A stretch of DNA of 41,547 bases from a virus (taxonomy: Duplodnaviria; Heunggongvirae; Uroviricota; Caudoviricetes). The position numbers and the translations under genes were made by a program. Below, one piece after another: positions 26,161 to 34,417 of this stretch. Position 1 is the stretch's first letter. Each line of letters begins with the position of its first letter. The notes beneath the pieces were generated by a model. That model ran no database searches. It saw only the letters and a list, made by a program, of their open reading frames with translations, and was not told the origin of the DNA. Location of the stretch: IMG/VR virus record IMGVR_UViG_3300028833_002727, one strand, 5' to 3'.

Positions 26161-26583
26161 ATGGATAAGAAGTGGATATATTACGGTGTATTTTTCTCTG
26201 ATGTGACAAAAAGAGCGTTGTTTGATTACACAGCAAAATTATCAGTGGAAAAGGGTTTTGTTATTCCAGATGATTGGAAGTTATATGGTGACCACATGAC
26301 GCTTGTTTTCAATGATAGATCAGAGAAAGCACAGGAAGACGCTGAATTTTATGAGGAACAGTTAGTAGGTAAAGATGTTAGCCTACGAGTTACACACGTT
26401 GGTGTATCGGATAGAGCAGTTGCTCTCGGAGTGGATTACCAAACAGCAAACGAACATTCACATATTACCATTGCCATTGCTCCAGATGCGAAACCAGTTG
26501 AAAGTAACGATATTACTAATTGGATGGAAACTAACGGTAGTTTCTATGTTACTGGTAAAGTCAATAAGTTTGTAAAACACTAA
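26161..26583 (+). CDS. 2H phosphoesterase (tRNA-ligase CPDase-like)
   Basis: Two HxT motifs (DHMTL, SHITI) and AKPVESN. Confidence 0.8.
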   Translation: MDKKWIYYGVFFSDVTKRALFDYTAKLSVEKGFVIPDDWKLYGDHMTLVFNDRSEKAQEDAEFYEEQLVGKDVSLRVTHVGVSDRAVALGVDYQTANEHSHITIAIAPDAKPVESNDITNWMETNGSFYVTGKVNKFVKH

Positions 26584-26587
26584 CGAT

Positions 26588-27316
26588 ATGGGAAGATTAA
26601 ATACAAAAATAACAAAAGAATACGATGTTAAGGGTGAACATCCTTTCAGTACTGTATTCGATATGCGAAGAGAGAATGAGACGAAATGGAAGAAAATCCA
26701 ACGTTGGTTCTCTGTTCGCTGGTATGCTTTGGACATAAAGTACCACGAGGTTAAGAAATACTTCAAAAACCTTGTTCGCTTCAATAAAGCAATGTGGAAC
26801 TATTGTCCTTGGGACTACCATTGTCAAGTAGAGTTGTTTGCATATGGGCTTGAAATACTTGCCAATCATATGGATAGATATGGTAACGAAATTGATACTC
26901 CACGTAAGAAGAAAATTGCTGCAATTCGTGAGTTGATTACGTTACTCCGTAATGGTTATGAGGATGAAGTGAACGACAAATATCTTGGCGCTGGTGAAGA
27001 AAACGTTATTACTCATGTAACAGAATATGAGGATGGCAGCATTGGTTTTGAAACTGTGGATGATGAAAGTAAAAAAATTCAAGAGGCGTCAAACAAAGTA
27101 TATAGAGAGGAATATCAAAAAGCGCGTAACGCTTATTATGATAGAATCTTTGCAATTCTTCGTGGACAAGACGACCCTTATGGATTAGCCGAACAAATAC
27201 AAACAAAAATCGGTGAAAAACGCGAAGATGAAACGTATGATGAATATCAAAAACGATATGACGACTGTTACTATGAATTCTTCGACGGCACAGGTATTGA
27301 AGGTTGGTGGGATTAA
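26588..27316 (+). CDS. Hypothetical protein
   Basis: ORF track, 242 aa. Confidence 0.7.
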   Translation: MGRLNTKITKEYDVKGEHPFSTVFDMRRENETKWKKIQRWFSVRWYALDIKYHEVKKYFKNLVRFNKAMWNYCPWDYHCQVELFAYGLEILANHMDRYGNEIDTPRKKKIAAIRELITLLRNGYEDEVNDKYLGAGEENVITHVTEYEDGSIGFETVDDESKKIQEASNKVYREEYQKARNAYYDRIFAILRGQDDPYGLAEQIQTKIGEKREDETYDEYQKRYDDCYYEFFDGTGIEGWWD

Positions 27317-27341
27317 CCATAAAATACAAAAACTAAATGTT

Positions 27342-27470
27342 ATGGATGCTACATACTTAAATAAGTTTCGAAAGAAGAAAAAGAAATTCAGACGGATTAC
27401 TCAGGAAGAGTATGATAGTTTCCATAACTATAACATTGAGTCTAATTCAATAGACAGAGATAGAGAGTAA
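27342..27470 (+). CDS. Small basic hypothetical protein (42 aa)
   Basis: Start revised to ATG 27342. Confidence 0.5.
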   Translation: MDATYLNKFRKKKKKFRRITQEEYDSFHNYNIESNSIDRDRE

Positions 27471-27480
27471 ACATTGTTTA

Positions 27481-28830
27481 ATGGCTACAACATCAAAAAA
27501 TAGGATGGATTATAATAATTATGATTTTTCTGTTGCGTCAACATCACGTAGCAAAAATGAAATAGGAAAACGTGTAGGTATTTTTGGTGGTTCATTCAAT
27601 CCAATTCACATTGGGCATTTTAAAACCGCAGAGTATTTACTTGACAAGGGTTATTTGGATGAGGTTCGCTTCTTACTTAACCCATGTTCTCCGTTCAAAG
27701 TCAAAAACTACATGCCTGACGCTTATTTCAGGTCTATGGCTATCTTGTATGGAATTAACTCACTGCCAGCAAAACAGAAAGCAAAGATGGATTTGGATAC
27801 AACAGAAATGTTGGACTCTATTCAAAACCATGTTTGTTACACCGTAAATACTTTGAAAAAAATCCTATACACGGATATTGAAAACAAAACATTCAATGAG
27901 TATTTCCTTATTGTTGGTGCTGATGTATTCAATAGTATCAAACGTTTCAAGAATTGGAAATGGTTCGTTGATGAAAAACTCGTTAAGTTCATTGTTTTAC
28001 CAAGAGGTGGATACGAAATTGACGAAACATTGCGTGAAGATTTCAAAGATTTAATTGTAGATACAGATTACACTGGATTCAACCCGATTGAACTGTCTTC
28101 TACGGCAGTACGTGAGTGGATTACAAATGGCAACGACACTAAATTAAAAGAAGTACTCGCGCCTGGCACATACAAATACATCACATCCACGAAATTATAT
28201 GGCTATCCGAATAACAACACAATGGAGTTAGCATTACCTGTGAAAGGTAAAAAAACCACAAAACGTGATGTTTATAAACCCCAAGTTTATACGAGGGATG
28301 AATGTAAACAGATGTTGAAATCAGGACGTTATGATTTTGGTTCATCATATGACATTTACATTGATAACGCATTTGGTGTTGTTAAAACAACTATGAACGG
28401 CGGATATACACGATACAACGTGTATGACTATTCAACTGGCGAAGTTGTATGTGACGAGTGGTTCAAGAGTGTTGGTAAGCCAAGAACGTTCGATGAACGT
28501 AAAATGGCACCTGATAATAATTTCAATTTCCAACACGATTACGAACGATTCAATACAAAAATGTTTGAAACTGATAATTCAACTTATTATTGTATTGTGG
28601 ATACAAATTTGAAAGTGACAGTTGGACGTGACCAGGTTGAAACTGCAAAGAATGTACTTGTATTCAACCATGATTCATGTTACTATCTATTCAAAGATTG
28701 TGTAATTGGTAACAATTTCATCACAAGGATAGAAAATAGTGGTGTATATGGCGTTGTTTTCATTACATTGAATAATGGAACGCAAATAGAATATAACCTT
28801 ATAAAAGGTACAAACAAAATAGTAAAATAA
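27481..28830 (+). CDS. nadD: Nicotinate/nicotinamide mononucleotide adenylyltransferase with a ~200-aa C-terminal extension
   Basis: GIFGGSFNPIHIGH (HIGH motif), IVGAD, LPRGGY, ELSSTAVRE. Confidence 0.88.
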   Translation: MATTSKNRMDYNNYDFSVASTSRSKNEIGKRVGIFGGSFNPIHIGHFKTAEYLLDKGYLDEVRFLLNPCSPFKVKNYMPDAYFRSMAILYGINSLPAKQKAKMDLDTTEMLDSIQNHVCYTVNTLKKILYTDIENKTFNEYFLIVGADVFNSIKRFKNWKWFVDEKLVKFIVLPRGGYEIDETLREDFKDLIVDTDYTGFNPIELSSTAVREWITNGNDTKLKEVLAPGTYKYITSTKLYGYPNNNTMELALPVKGKKTTKRDVYKPQVYTRDECKQMLKSGRYDFGSSYDIYIDNAFGVVKTTMNGGYTRYNVYDYSTGEVVCDEWFKSVGKPRTFDERKMAPDNNFNFQHDYERFNTKMFETDNSTYYCIVDTNLKVTVGRDQVETAKNVLVFNHDSCYYLFKDCVIGNNFITRIENSGVYGVVFITLNNGTQIEYNLIKGTNKIVK

Positions 28831-28844
28831 ATACAACAGAGAAT

Positions 28845-29594
28845 ATGGATAAATTTGACGCAAAAAAAGTAACCGAACAACTCATACAAGGTATAAGAGA
28901 TTGGTTCGAAAGAAATGGTAATGGATGTAATGCGTGCGTTGGAATGTCTGGTGGTAAAGATAGTACAATTGTTGCAGCATTGTGTGTTAAAGCGTTAGGC
29001 GCCGATAGAGTAATCGGCGTTGGTATTCCAGACAAAGGACAAGATTTACATGAGGCAGATGAAATTGCTAAACATTTTGGAATACAATTTCATGTGGTAA
29101 ATATTGGAAGTATCACCGACGCAATTAAGCAAGAAACATATTATGGCGGTAATGTACGATTGTCCGAACAAGCAGAACAAAATATTCCGCCACGTGTGCG
29201 TATGCTAATTTTGTATGCAATTTCGCAATCTAACAACGGACGTGTTGTTGGTACATGTAATGCAAGTGAGAACTACATTGGTTATTTCACTAAATATGGT
29301 GATGGCGCATCCGACTTCGAGCCTATCGCTGAATTGACGGTACATGAGTTGTACCAGGTTGGTGATGAGTTGGGTATTCCGAAAAAATGGACGTACAAGA
29401 CTCCTGATGACGGACTACCTCACAGTATGCCAGATGATGAGAAGTTTGAAAAGAAAGGTTTCAACTATGAGAAGTTAGATAAATATATCCGCTTGGGAAC
29501 CAGTGGTGATGCTGTTGCTGATGCTGCTATCGAGAAAATGCACGCTCAGAACGCATTCAAAATGAAACCTGTAGAGGTAATAAAATTCAATTAA
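28845..29594 (+). CDS. nadE: NH3-dependent NAD+ synthetase
   Basis: VGMSGGKDS, RVRM..LYA, GTCNASE.YIGYFTKYGDG; no glutaminase domain. Confidence 0.95.
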   Translation: MDKFDAKKVTEQLIQGIRDWFERNGNGCNACVGMSGGKDSTIVAALCVKALGADRVIGVGIPDKGQDLHEADEIAKHFGIQFHVVNIGSITDAIKQETYYGGNVRLSEQAEQNIPPRVRMLILYAISQSNNGRVVGTCNASENYIGYFTKYGDGASDFEPIAELTVHELYQVGDELGIPKKWTYKTPDDGLPHSMPDDEKFEKKGFNYEKLDKYIRLGTSGDAVADAAIEKMHAQNAFKMKPVEVIKFN

Positions 29595-29599
29595 GATAT

Positions 29600-30499
29600 A
29601 TGAAGAAATTATTTATACTTTCCGGAGTACCTTGCTCAGGAAAATCAACTTGGGCGAAAGAATATAAACAAAACGTTGACACAAATGTTGTTATTGGCAA
29701 CCGTGATACTATCCGTTACGAACTTGGTAACGGTAAATACGTGCAGGATCAGGAAGATGAAGTAACACGTATCGAAACTGAACGTGTTGAGAATGGTATG
29801 AAGGCTGGTTTAACAGTCATCCTTGATGATACCAACCTTAATCCTAAATACATTAAGCCGTGGTATGATATGGCTGAAAAGTATGGGTATGAGGTTGAGG
29901 AAAAAGAGTTCTACATTCCATACCAGCAAGCAATGAAACGTTCCAAAGCGCGTAAGGCTGAGGGTGGTTTATACATACCGAAAGAAGTAATGCAGAGGTT
30001 CTACAAACGTTACTACAAAGAAGAGTTTGAAAAAGAACTTACCGATTACCGTGTATTCAACACTGTAAAATGGGAAGATGATTTACCAACCTGCATTATT
30101 TGTGACTTGGATGGTACATTAGCAATGCACACCGGGCGTACACCATTTGAGTGGGATAGGTTAGATGAAGACAAAATTGATAAGCGTCTTGCATTAATGT
30201 TGGAAATTTACGTTAACAATATTGATGACTGTGAGGTTATATTCCTAACGGGGCGTCCAGATAGTGCGCGTGAAGCAACTGAAAACTGGCTTAAAAAGAA
30301 TTTTAATGCACCTTATACATTACTCATGCGCGATAGTAGCGACTACAGTCATGGATATGATGCAAAAAAGAAAATCTACGAAGACTACATCAAAGGAAAG
30401 TACAATGTCCTATGTGTTTTCGAAGATTCTAACAAGTGTGTAGACATGTGGAGGGAGCAAGGACTCTTAACACTGCAAGTTCAAAATGGGGATTACTAA
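29600..30499 (+). CDS. pseT: Polynucleotide 5'-kinase / 3'-phosphatase (T4 PseT-like)
   Basis: P-loop GVPCSGKST, RD, DDTNL; HAD domain DLDGT, TGR, FED...VDMWR. Confidence 0.92.
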   Translation: MKKLFILSGVPCSGKSTWAKEYKQNVDTNVVIGNRDTIRYELGNGKYVQDQEDEVTRIETERVENGMKAGLTVILDDTNLNPKYIKPWYDMAEKYGYEVEEKEFYIPYQQAMKRSKARKAEGGLYIPKEVMQRFYKRYYKEEFEKELTDYRVFNTVKWEDDLPTCIICDLDGTLAMHTGRTPFEWDRLDEDKIDKRLALMLEIYVNNIDDCEVIFLTGRPDSAREATENWLKKNFNAPYTLLMRDSSDYSHGYDAKKKIYEDYIKGKYNVLCVFEDSNKCVDMWREQGLLTLQVQNGDY

Positions 30500-30517
30500 C
30501 AATCTCCATTTTTTTTT
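30485..30517 (+). terminator. Intrinsic terminator overlapping the pseT stop
   Basis: 10-bp stem AATGGGGATT / AATCTCCATT (one G-U), loop ACTAAC, T7. Confidence 0.75.
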
Positions 30518-30527
30518 GTATATTTAC
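30518..30527 (+). promoter_or_regulatory. GTATATTTAC motif (second promoter class)
   Basis: Abuts the terminator and precedes ATG 30563. Confidence 0.45.
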
Positions 30528-30562
30528 GTAGAAGAATAATTTGAGTAAAATAAAAATAGAAA

Positions 30563-30763
30563 ATGTTAACAACCGCAGTTAATTACAAAGTACAAAGTTT
30601 AAGAAAAGAAGAGATTATTGCTGAATTTGATAACCTTATGTCATATGAACAAATTGAAGTGCTGGACGAACTTAACCGCAAGACAAAGTATAGTCGCGCA
30701 CTATCAAGATGCTCAACTAACGAATTACTAAATGAATTGGAAAGAAGAGGCGAAGTATGTTAA
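30563..30763 (+). CDS. Hypothetical protein
   Basis: ORF track. Confidence 0.6.
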   Translation: MLTTAVNYKVQSLRKEEIIAEFDNLMSYEQIEVLDELNRKTKYSRALSRCSTNELLNELERRGEVC

Positions 30764-31671
30764 AAGAATACAAAAAAGTAAAACATATATTTAAGCGTCC
30801 GAAAGCACATATCTATTTTGGTTTTTGGGCTACACCGACATGGTTAATAAACCTTGAACAGTGGATACTTAATTATATGAACACGCATGAAGATGATGAT
30901 AAATCGTGGAAGTTCCGCCTTGCAACGTTTGTTGATAAACTATTTAATAAGAGTTCAAATCCATTTCTACCTGTTTGGAGAAGAGGGCACTCATTTCGTA
31001 TCTTTAAGAAACATCAAACATATCATTACGATCAGAGTTCAAGAGGGTATGTTTGGAATGAAGAATTTGCTAACAAATTGAAAAAGTGGCATTTATCTTG
31101 GTTAAAGCCGGAATATGAATTACCACTTTGGCTAACATTTTACATTTTCAGTTTCGATATGATATGGAAATGGAAGTTTGATGATGTGCGTTATGAGTAT
31201 CCACCACAATGGACTATTGTATTATTCAATATTTCATTTTCTATATGTTGGACACAACCAAAATCAAAAGATGGTTGGGATTTAACTTATTGGGAAGGTA
31301 TTCTTAACTACACATACAAATATCTTGAGAAACTTGATGGTAAACAAGTAGATACTTTATCACAGATTATAGGTTTGAGTGATTATTGTGGTTACTGGGG
31401 TGGATGTGCTGACGATAAATTTACATGGGTAATACAGCCTGACTATATACGTAATAAGTATTTTGCTGAACAATTGAAAAAACACCAGGATATGAAAGAG
31501 AAGGATATATGCGACAGAAAGGCTAAAATAACATGTCCAAAATGTGGCGCAAAAATGAAATGTGATGAAACGAAAGTGTTAACATCGCTTCCACCAAAAT
31601 ATGAATACACATGCCCTAAATGTGGAGAAATTAAATATTTAGACGAAAAAATTGAAACTTGGTATCTTTAA
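30757..31671 (+). CDS. Trp-rich hypothetical protein with a C-terminal zinc ribbon
   Basis: CPKCG...LTSLPP.Y.Y.CPKCG. Confidence 0.7.
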   Translation: MLKEYKKVKHIFKRPKAHIYFGFWATPTWLINLEQWILNYMNTHEDDDKSWKFRLATFVDKLFNKSSNPFLPVWRRGHSFRIFKKHQTYHYDQSSRGYVWNEEFANKLKKWHLSWLKPEYELPLWLTFYIFSFDMIWKWKFDDVRYEYPPQWTIVLFNISFSICWTQPKSKDGWDLTYWEGILNYTYKYLEKLDGKQVDTLSQIIGLSDYCGYWGGCADDKFTWVIQPDYIRNKYFAEQLKKHQDMKEKDICDRKAKITCPKCGAKMKCDETKVLTSLPPKYEYTCPKCGEIKYLDEKIETWYL

Positions 31672-31684
31672 AATTTGAAATGTT

Positions 31685-32020
31685 ATGATAGAAACAGAAT
31701 TAGACAAAATTAAGTTAACTCAGAAAATCATTAAAGACCCAAGAAACAAATTTGGGTATCAACCAGATTCATTATGGATTAACGAAGATAATGAATTTGA
31801 GTATGAAACGCATATTGTAATCTGGGGCACAGATAAACGAGGTGTACATGATTCAAATAAACACGAAGTTCTTTATTTAACCGAAGAAAAACTGGCTAAT
31901 GGGCATATCATATATTGGTTTAGAGTTGCGCCAGGTGATTGGAAAATCAGAGTAAGAACTGCTGGTGATTTACAAAGGCTCATGGATGTGTTTAGAATTG
32001 GAAGAGATTTAATTGTATAA
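31685..32020 (+). CDS. Hypothetical protein
   Basis: ORF track. Confidence 0.7.
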   Translation: MIETELDKIKLTQKIIKDPRNKFGYQPDSLWINEDNEFEYETHIVIWGTDKRGVHDSNKHEVLYLTEEKLANGHIIYWFRVAPGDWKIRVRTAGDLQRLMDVFRIGRDLIV

Positions 32021-32025
32021 TTGAT

Positions 32026-32466
32026 ATGGTAAACGAAGAATTAAGACAGAAAATAGCAGATGCTGGATTTACGAATAGCATTGTGTATGATGAGCCATCA
32101 TTTGATAATTCAATCATTGGCGTTGACGATAATGGTAAAGTGGTTTACTCTGTTGAACTTATGATGACTGAGTTTGTTAGAGAAGATGAAGGTGATAAAT
32201 ATGATAATTTTGAATCTTTATCTGCGGAAGAACAAACAGAGTATATCGACAAACGAGTTGAAGCACTTGAGTTTATTGAATACAATACAGTGAGAGCAAC
32301 ACCGTATATGGCGACATATGGTATAACTCCAGTTATTCTTGATTATAATCCATCAGAGGATTGTTATTACGATAAAGTGTCTGGAGAAAACTATGATTTA
32401 GATAAGATTGATTGGAAAATTGATGAGAAGTATGAAGAATTTTTGGACTATGGATGGTCTGAGTAA
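32026..32466 (+). CDS. Acidic hypothetical protein
   Basis: ORF track. Confidence 0.7.
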   Translation: MVNEELRQKIADAGFTNSIVYDEPSFDNSIIGVDDNGKVVYSVELMMTEFVREDEGDKYDNFESLSAEEQTEYIDKRVEALEFIEYNTVRATPYMATYGITPVILDYNPSEDCYYDKVSGENYDLDKIDWKIDEKYEEFLDYGWSE

Positions 32467-32716
32467 GTGCTACAATAAGATATGTGACTGGTTTCTGTTA
32501 GCCAGCAAGAAATACAGGTTTGTACTTAACCGAATTTTTTTGGCTATTATAGCATCAGCCGCATTGGTTAGAATACTATTCATATCATACAATGAGTGGG
32601 TATTATGCACGTTCCTATTATCGTGTATTTGTATTCTACTTATCAATGAGATTGAAAAAAAAGGTAAAATTTTTGGTTATTTGAAAAAAAATTACTACTT
32701 TTGCACTGTAATTTAA
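32450..32716 (+). CDS. Small two-TM membrane protein
   Basis: Two hydrophobic segments; start revised to ATG 32450; 3' end contains a promoter. Confidence 0.5.
   Translation: MDGLSKCYNKICDWFLLASKKYRFVLNRIFLAIIASAALVRILFISYNEWVLCTFLLSCICILLINEIEKKGKIFGYLKKNYYFCTVI
32672..32705 (+). promoter_or_regulatory. Bacteroidota primary-sigma promoter
   Basis: TTTG 32672-32675, 20-nt spacer, TACTTTTG 32696-32703. Confidence 0.85.
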
Positions 32717-32729
32717 AAAAATAAAAAAT

Positions 32730-32969
32730 ATGGATGCAAAAACCAAAAAAGAAATTTACGATTTACTTTGTGAGTTAAAAGAAAAAGGCAAGGTATTTAA
32801 CATGATGAACGGTTCATTATATTCAAGCATATGTGCAGATGAAATGACTGACATCACATATAAACTACAAAGCATACACTCTGTTCATGTAGATTTTTAT
32901 CAACCGTGTGAGGGTAGAGTAGTATTTCTTAATCTCGATAAATTGATAGATGAATATAAATGTAAATAG
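32730..32969 (+). CDS. Hypothetical protein
   Basis: First gene after the promoter. Confidence 0.7.
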   Translation: MDAKTKKEIYDLLCELKEKGKVFNMMNGSLYSSICADEMTDITYKLQSIHSVHVDFYQPCEGRVVFLNLDKLIDEYKCK

Positions 32970-32975
32970 TTCACT

Positions 32976-32991
32976 ATGGATAAGATGTGGG
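32976..32991 (+). pseudogene. 5' fragment (MDKMW-G) of the gene interrupted by the IS607 element
   Basis: Joins in frame to 36067-36272 across the GG core. Confidence 0.75.
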
Positions 32992-33069
32992 ATTAACACT
33001 GTAATTCAATAAAATAATCAAAAAAAGTTAAAAATGTTCAAAAATATGCAACTTTTTCAAAAATTGAAA

Positions 33070-33078
33070 GTATTTATA
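33070..33078 (+). promoter_or_regulatory. GTATTTATA motif inside the IS left end
   Basis: Same motif class as at phage genes; abuts ATG 33080. Confidence 0.45.
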
Positions 33079-33079
33079 T

Positions 33080-33310
33080 ATGAAAAATAAGATAAATATA
33101 AAAAAGACAATTGAGACAATGAAAGAACAAAACCTACAAGTTCTGTCTATTGATAAGGAAAATATGGTATACACATGCAGTGATGGAAACGAATATCCAC
33201 TTATGGATGGTATGGAGAATTTAACCGTAGACGAGTTGCAGAAACAATTGGATAATGCAAAACAAACAACCTATAATATACTAAAACAAATTGAAGAAGA
33301 TAATGGATAA
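33080..33310 (+). CDS. Small hypothetical protein (76 aa) inside the IS607 element
   Basis: Lies between the inferred left end and tnpA and overlaps the tnpA start. Confidence 0.7.
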   Translation: MKNKINIKKTIETMKEQNLQVLSIDKENMVYTCSDGNEYPLMDGMENLTVDELQKQLDNAKQTTYNILKQIEEDNG

Positions 33311-33941
33311 ACTATTAACATTAGAGGAAACCAAACACATCCTTAATGTTAGTAAATCCACGCTTCAACGATGGGATAACTCAGGGAAGTTAGTTGCATT
33401 AAGGACTGAAGGCGGGCATAGACGATGGAAACAAAGTGATATTGATAAACTAATTGGTAAGAAAAACGAAGCACCCGAACCATCTAAAAAAGAATATATC
33501 GTGGCTACTTATGCAAGATGTTCAACTCCTGACCAGAAAGCACATGGTGATATTGAAAGACAATCTGATAGAATATTTGAATACTGTGTAAAGCATAAAT
33601 ATCGAGTCGAACACATTATAAAAGACATGGGTAGTGGACTTAATGATAAAAGAAAAGGTTTTGTAAAATTATGTAAACTCGTTATTGACAGAAAAATAGA
33701 CAAGGTAGTTATTGAACACAAAGATGGGTTGACTCGATTTCAGTATAATCTCATTGAATTGTTTTTCAATAGTTACGGAGTTGAAATCGAACTGCTTGAT
33801 AAAACAGAGTACACTGAACAACAGGAATTAGTGAATGACATGATGATGCTGATTGCGAGTTTCAGTGGAAAGGTATACAGTCTTAGGGCGAAGGAGAATG
33901 CTAAAAAGAGAAAAGAAATAAAAAACAAAAACGAAGAATAA
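33303..33941 (+). CDS. tnpA: IS607 transposase TnpA (MerR-like HTH plus serine recombinase), possibly impaired
   Basis: TLQRWD..GKL...RTEGGHRR; YARCST, GSGLN.KRKG, EHKDGLTRF (G in place of the R of DRLxR). Confidence 0.92.
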   Translation: MDKLLTLEETKHILNVSKSTLQRWDNSGKLVALRTEGGHRRWKQSDIDKLIGKKNEAPEPSKKEYIVATYARCSTPDQKAHGDIERQSDRIFEYCVKHKYRVEHIIKDMGSGLNDKRKGFVKLCKLVIDRKIDKVVIEHKDGLTRFQYNLIELFFNSYGVEIELLDKTEYTEQQELVNDMMMLIASFSGKVYSLRAKENAKKRKEIKNKNEE

Positions 33942-33942
33942 T

Positions 33943-34416
33943 ATGAATACAACAGTAAGTAATGTAAAGAAAGAAATTGTAGTTTCTTTTAGTAAGAATG
34001 AGGTAGAAAAGAAAATGAAGTATTTGTGTGCTCATAGTGAGTATTACAAATCTTTTGACGAAAGTGAAAAATTGCTTGGACTTTACAAGTATCACTTTAA
34101 AAAACCTATTAGTGGGCTTGTTGATGTTGGCATGCAAGTACACATTACATTGTTTGAAGAAGGTGAAAATAAAACTAAAATCACAATTGAAGTTGTTGAC
34201 AACTGGAATGGAACAGATGAGTTTGACATTGATAGTTCAAACATCTTAATTGGTGAAGTAACAAAAAGTTTAACACACATCTTAGAAACAAATGTAAACG
34301 ATTTAGAGAATGAAAGACAAACCACAAAAAAGAAAATGAATGGGTGTTTAAAAGCATTCTTAATTGGTATTGGAATTTTTGTAGCCATAAGTGTGATAGT
34401 TGCAATATGTTCATAA
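33943..34416 (+). CDS. Cargo protein with a C-terminal TM anchor, located between tnpA and tnpB
   Basis: 157 aa; hydrophobic C-terminus FLIGIGIFVAISVIVAIC; TAATATG junctions on both sides. Confidence 0.75.
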   Translation: MNTTVSNVKKEIVVSFSKNEVEKKMKYLCAHSEYYKSFDESEKLLGLYKYHFKKPISGLVDVGMQVHITLFEEGENKTKITIEVVDNWNGTDEFDIDSSNILIGEVTKSLTHILETNVNDLENERQTTKKKMNGCLKAFLIGIGIFVAISVIVAICS

Positions 34417-34417
34417 T

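Noticed and set aside
32992-33079. IStron (group I intron plus IS607)
   Set aside because: Only about 90 AT-rich nt separate the left end from the first ORF, too short for a group I core, and no P7-like sequence is seen.
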